In this document: piece by piece, positions 62,844 through 64,000 of the stretch
How positions within the stretch are numbered: position 1 is the first letter of the stretch
Layout of the letters: the number at the start of each line of letters is the position of its first letter
Assembly (NCBI GenBank): GCA_038153405.1
Contig: JAYOYH010000007.1
Location: 63,234-127,233, forward strand
Length of the DNA: 64,000 nucleotides
DNA from: Gemmatimonadota bacterium
GTDB lineage: Bacteria; Latescibacterota; UBA2968; UBA8231
Direction of reading: 5' to 3'
The notes under the pieces: generated by a model
Database searches by the model: none
The model's input: only the letters and a program-made list of their open reading frames with translations
Told to the model about the DNA's origin: nothing
Made by a program: the position numbers and the translations under genes

Positions 62844-63854
62844 ATGAAAATTACGCGCATTGACGAATACGTCACCGCTGTTCCGCACATCACTTCTATC
62901 GAAAAAAGTCGGCCGGGAGACTATAAGGAGCGTCCTATAAGCATTATCGAAGTGCATACGGACGAGGGGATTGTTGGACTGGGGGAGGGCGGGCGCGGTG
63001 AGCGCTTTATCGGTGCCGAAGATACGTGGGTCGGCGTCGATCCGCTCTCTGTAAACCTAACGACGACGGGGGGTGCTATGGGCATGGCGCTGTTCGATAT
63101 CGTCGGCAAAGCGTTTGGGGTGCCGGCGCATAAGCTCATGGGGGCCAAATACTGGGATGCCGTGCCGGTTGGATGGTGGTCGCCGCCGTTGGAAGCCCAT
63201 GAATTCGCCGCAATGGCCGAAGAAGGGGCGCGCAAGGGATATAAAACCCACAAACTCAAGGCGCGCTCACATAATATCGTCGAGACGGTGCGCCTGATGA
63301 CGGAAGCGGCCGGCCCCGACTACGGCATTATCGTCGATCCCAACTTTGAGTTTGGCAATCTGGCCAACAGCCTGCGTTTGGCCGAAGCTCTGGAACCGTA
63401 TACTATCGAGGCTTTTGAAGATCCCTTCCAATATCTTCCGGGTTGGCATCAGTACTGCGATTTTCGCCGTCACACGCGCATTCCGCTTGCCCCTCATCTG
63501 GGCGATCCGCAAAAGGTGATGAGCGCCATTCGCGCCGAGGCGGCCGATATGTTTAACCTGGGCGGTTCAGTAGAAAGTGTGCAAGCCATGGCGGCGATGG
63601 CCGAGGCGGCCGGCATGCCGGTGTGGCTGCAGGTCGTCGGTCTGGGGTTGGGTATTTCGGGGGCCTACGGCACGCACGTGCACGCGACGGTGCGTAACGC
63701 AACGGTGCCGTCGGATTCACTGCACTTTACGCGGGAAAACGATTTGATCGGCGGTGCTCTCGAGCCGAAAAATGGATTGGTCACAGTCCCCGACAGTCCA
63801 GGTTTGGGAGTCGAATTGGATCGCCAGGCGTTGGCGCATTATCGCGTCGCTTAG
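62844..63854 (+). CDS. Enolase-superfamily (MR/MLE) protein
   Basis: TDEGIVGLGE, MALFDIVGKA.GVP.H.LMG, KLK, DPN, EDP, VPDSPGLGVELD. Confidence 0.85.
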   Translation: MKITRIDEYVTAVPHITSIEKSRPGDYKERPISIIEVHTDEGIVGLGEGGRGERFIGAEDTWVGVDPLSVNLTTTGGAMGMALFDIVGKAFGVPAHKLMGAKYWDAVPVGWWSPPLEAHEFAAMAEEGARKGYKTHKLKARSHNIVETVRLMTEAAGPDYGIIVDPNFEFGNLANSLRLAEALEPYTIEAFEDPFQYLPGWHQYCDFRRHTRIPLAPHLGDPQKVMSAIRAEAADMFNLGGSVESVQAMAAMAEAAGMPVWLQVVGLGLGISGAYGTHVHATVRNATVPSDSLHFTRENDLIGGALEPKNGLVTVPDSPGLGVELDRQALAHYRVA

Positions 63855-63869
63855 AAGGGTATTATAAGG

Positions 63870-63897
63870 TTGACATAAACGGGATCTCACCTATTTT
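63870..63897 (+). promoter_or_regulatory. Putative sigma70 promoter of the tRNA
   Basis: TTGACA (63870-63875), 16 bp spacer, TATTTT (63892-63897). Confidence 0.6.
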
Positions 63898-63918
63898 CTA
63901 GGGCTGTTTTGCATAGGG

Positions 63919-63994
63919 GAGCCCGTAGCTCAGCCGGTAGAGCAGCGGACTTTTAATCCGTTGGTCGTGGGTTCGATTCCCACCGGGCTCGCCA
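63919..63994 (+). tRNA. tRNA-Lys(UUU)
   Basis: GAGCCCG/CGGGCTC acceptor stem, GCTC/GAGC D-stem, GCGGA-CTTTTAA-TCCGT anticodon arm, GTGGG-TTCGATT-CCCAC T-arm, encoded CCA. Confidence 0.96.
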
Positions 63995-64000
63995 TTTAAA

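Noticed and set aside
63919..64000. tRNA as the integration site of a genomic island
   Set aside because: No integrase, no duplicated tRNA 3' end noticed, no compositional break; the downstream side is outside the window.

Overview
GC-rich, gene-dense bacterial window with no transposase, integrase, phage gene, CRISPR array or rRNA that I can see. Gene content (FG-GAP/ASPIC-UnbV proteins, DUF4159- and DUF6785-like proteins, a C-terminal 'TAVE..SWGRIK' tail, many Gfo/Idh/MocA and enolase-superfamily enzymes) suggests an uncultured FCB-group lineage such as Ca. Latescibacterota or Poribacteria; this is inference only. There are three blocks. (1) 1-8960: TPR, FG-GAP/ASPIC-UnbV, HEAT, DUF4159-like and FlgT-like envelope genes, mostly on the minus strand. 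(2) 9277-36672: a 27-kb co-directional run of 16 genes behind an AT-rich promoter, which looks like a complete, uncharacterised envelope-spanning machine. It encodes a CBM9-like exported protein with a WGRIK tail, two paralogous ~1000-aa putative outer-membrane proteins with Asp-rich Ca-binding-like loops, three orphan lipoproteins (two paralogous), a discoidin+FlgD-Ig protein next to a PorV/PorP-like barrel, a 1090-aa TPR protein, ExbB plus two ExbD (one with Asn at the essential Asp), a SurA/PrsA-like lipoprotein, OPT-like and DUF6785-like membrane proteins, and a degenerate M28-FtsX fusion. It has no classical TonB, TBDT/SusCD or ABC ATPase. This is the best candidate for an undescribed system. 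(3) 36669-63854: a catabolic region with oxidoreductases, dehydratases, an aldolase, a dioxygenase, an amidohydrolase, a CE7 esterase, two sugar ABC systems and two more DUF6785-like transporters, followed by tRNA-Lys(UUU). All family calls come from motif recognition by eye, not from database searches.
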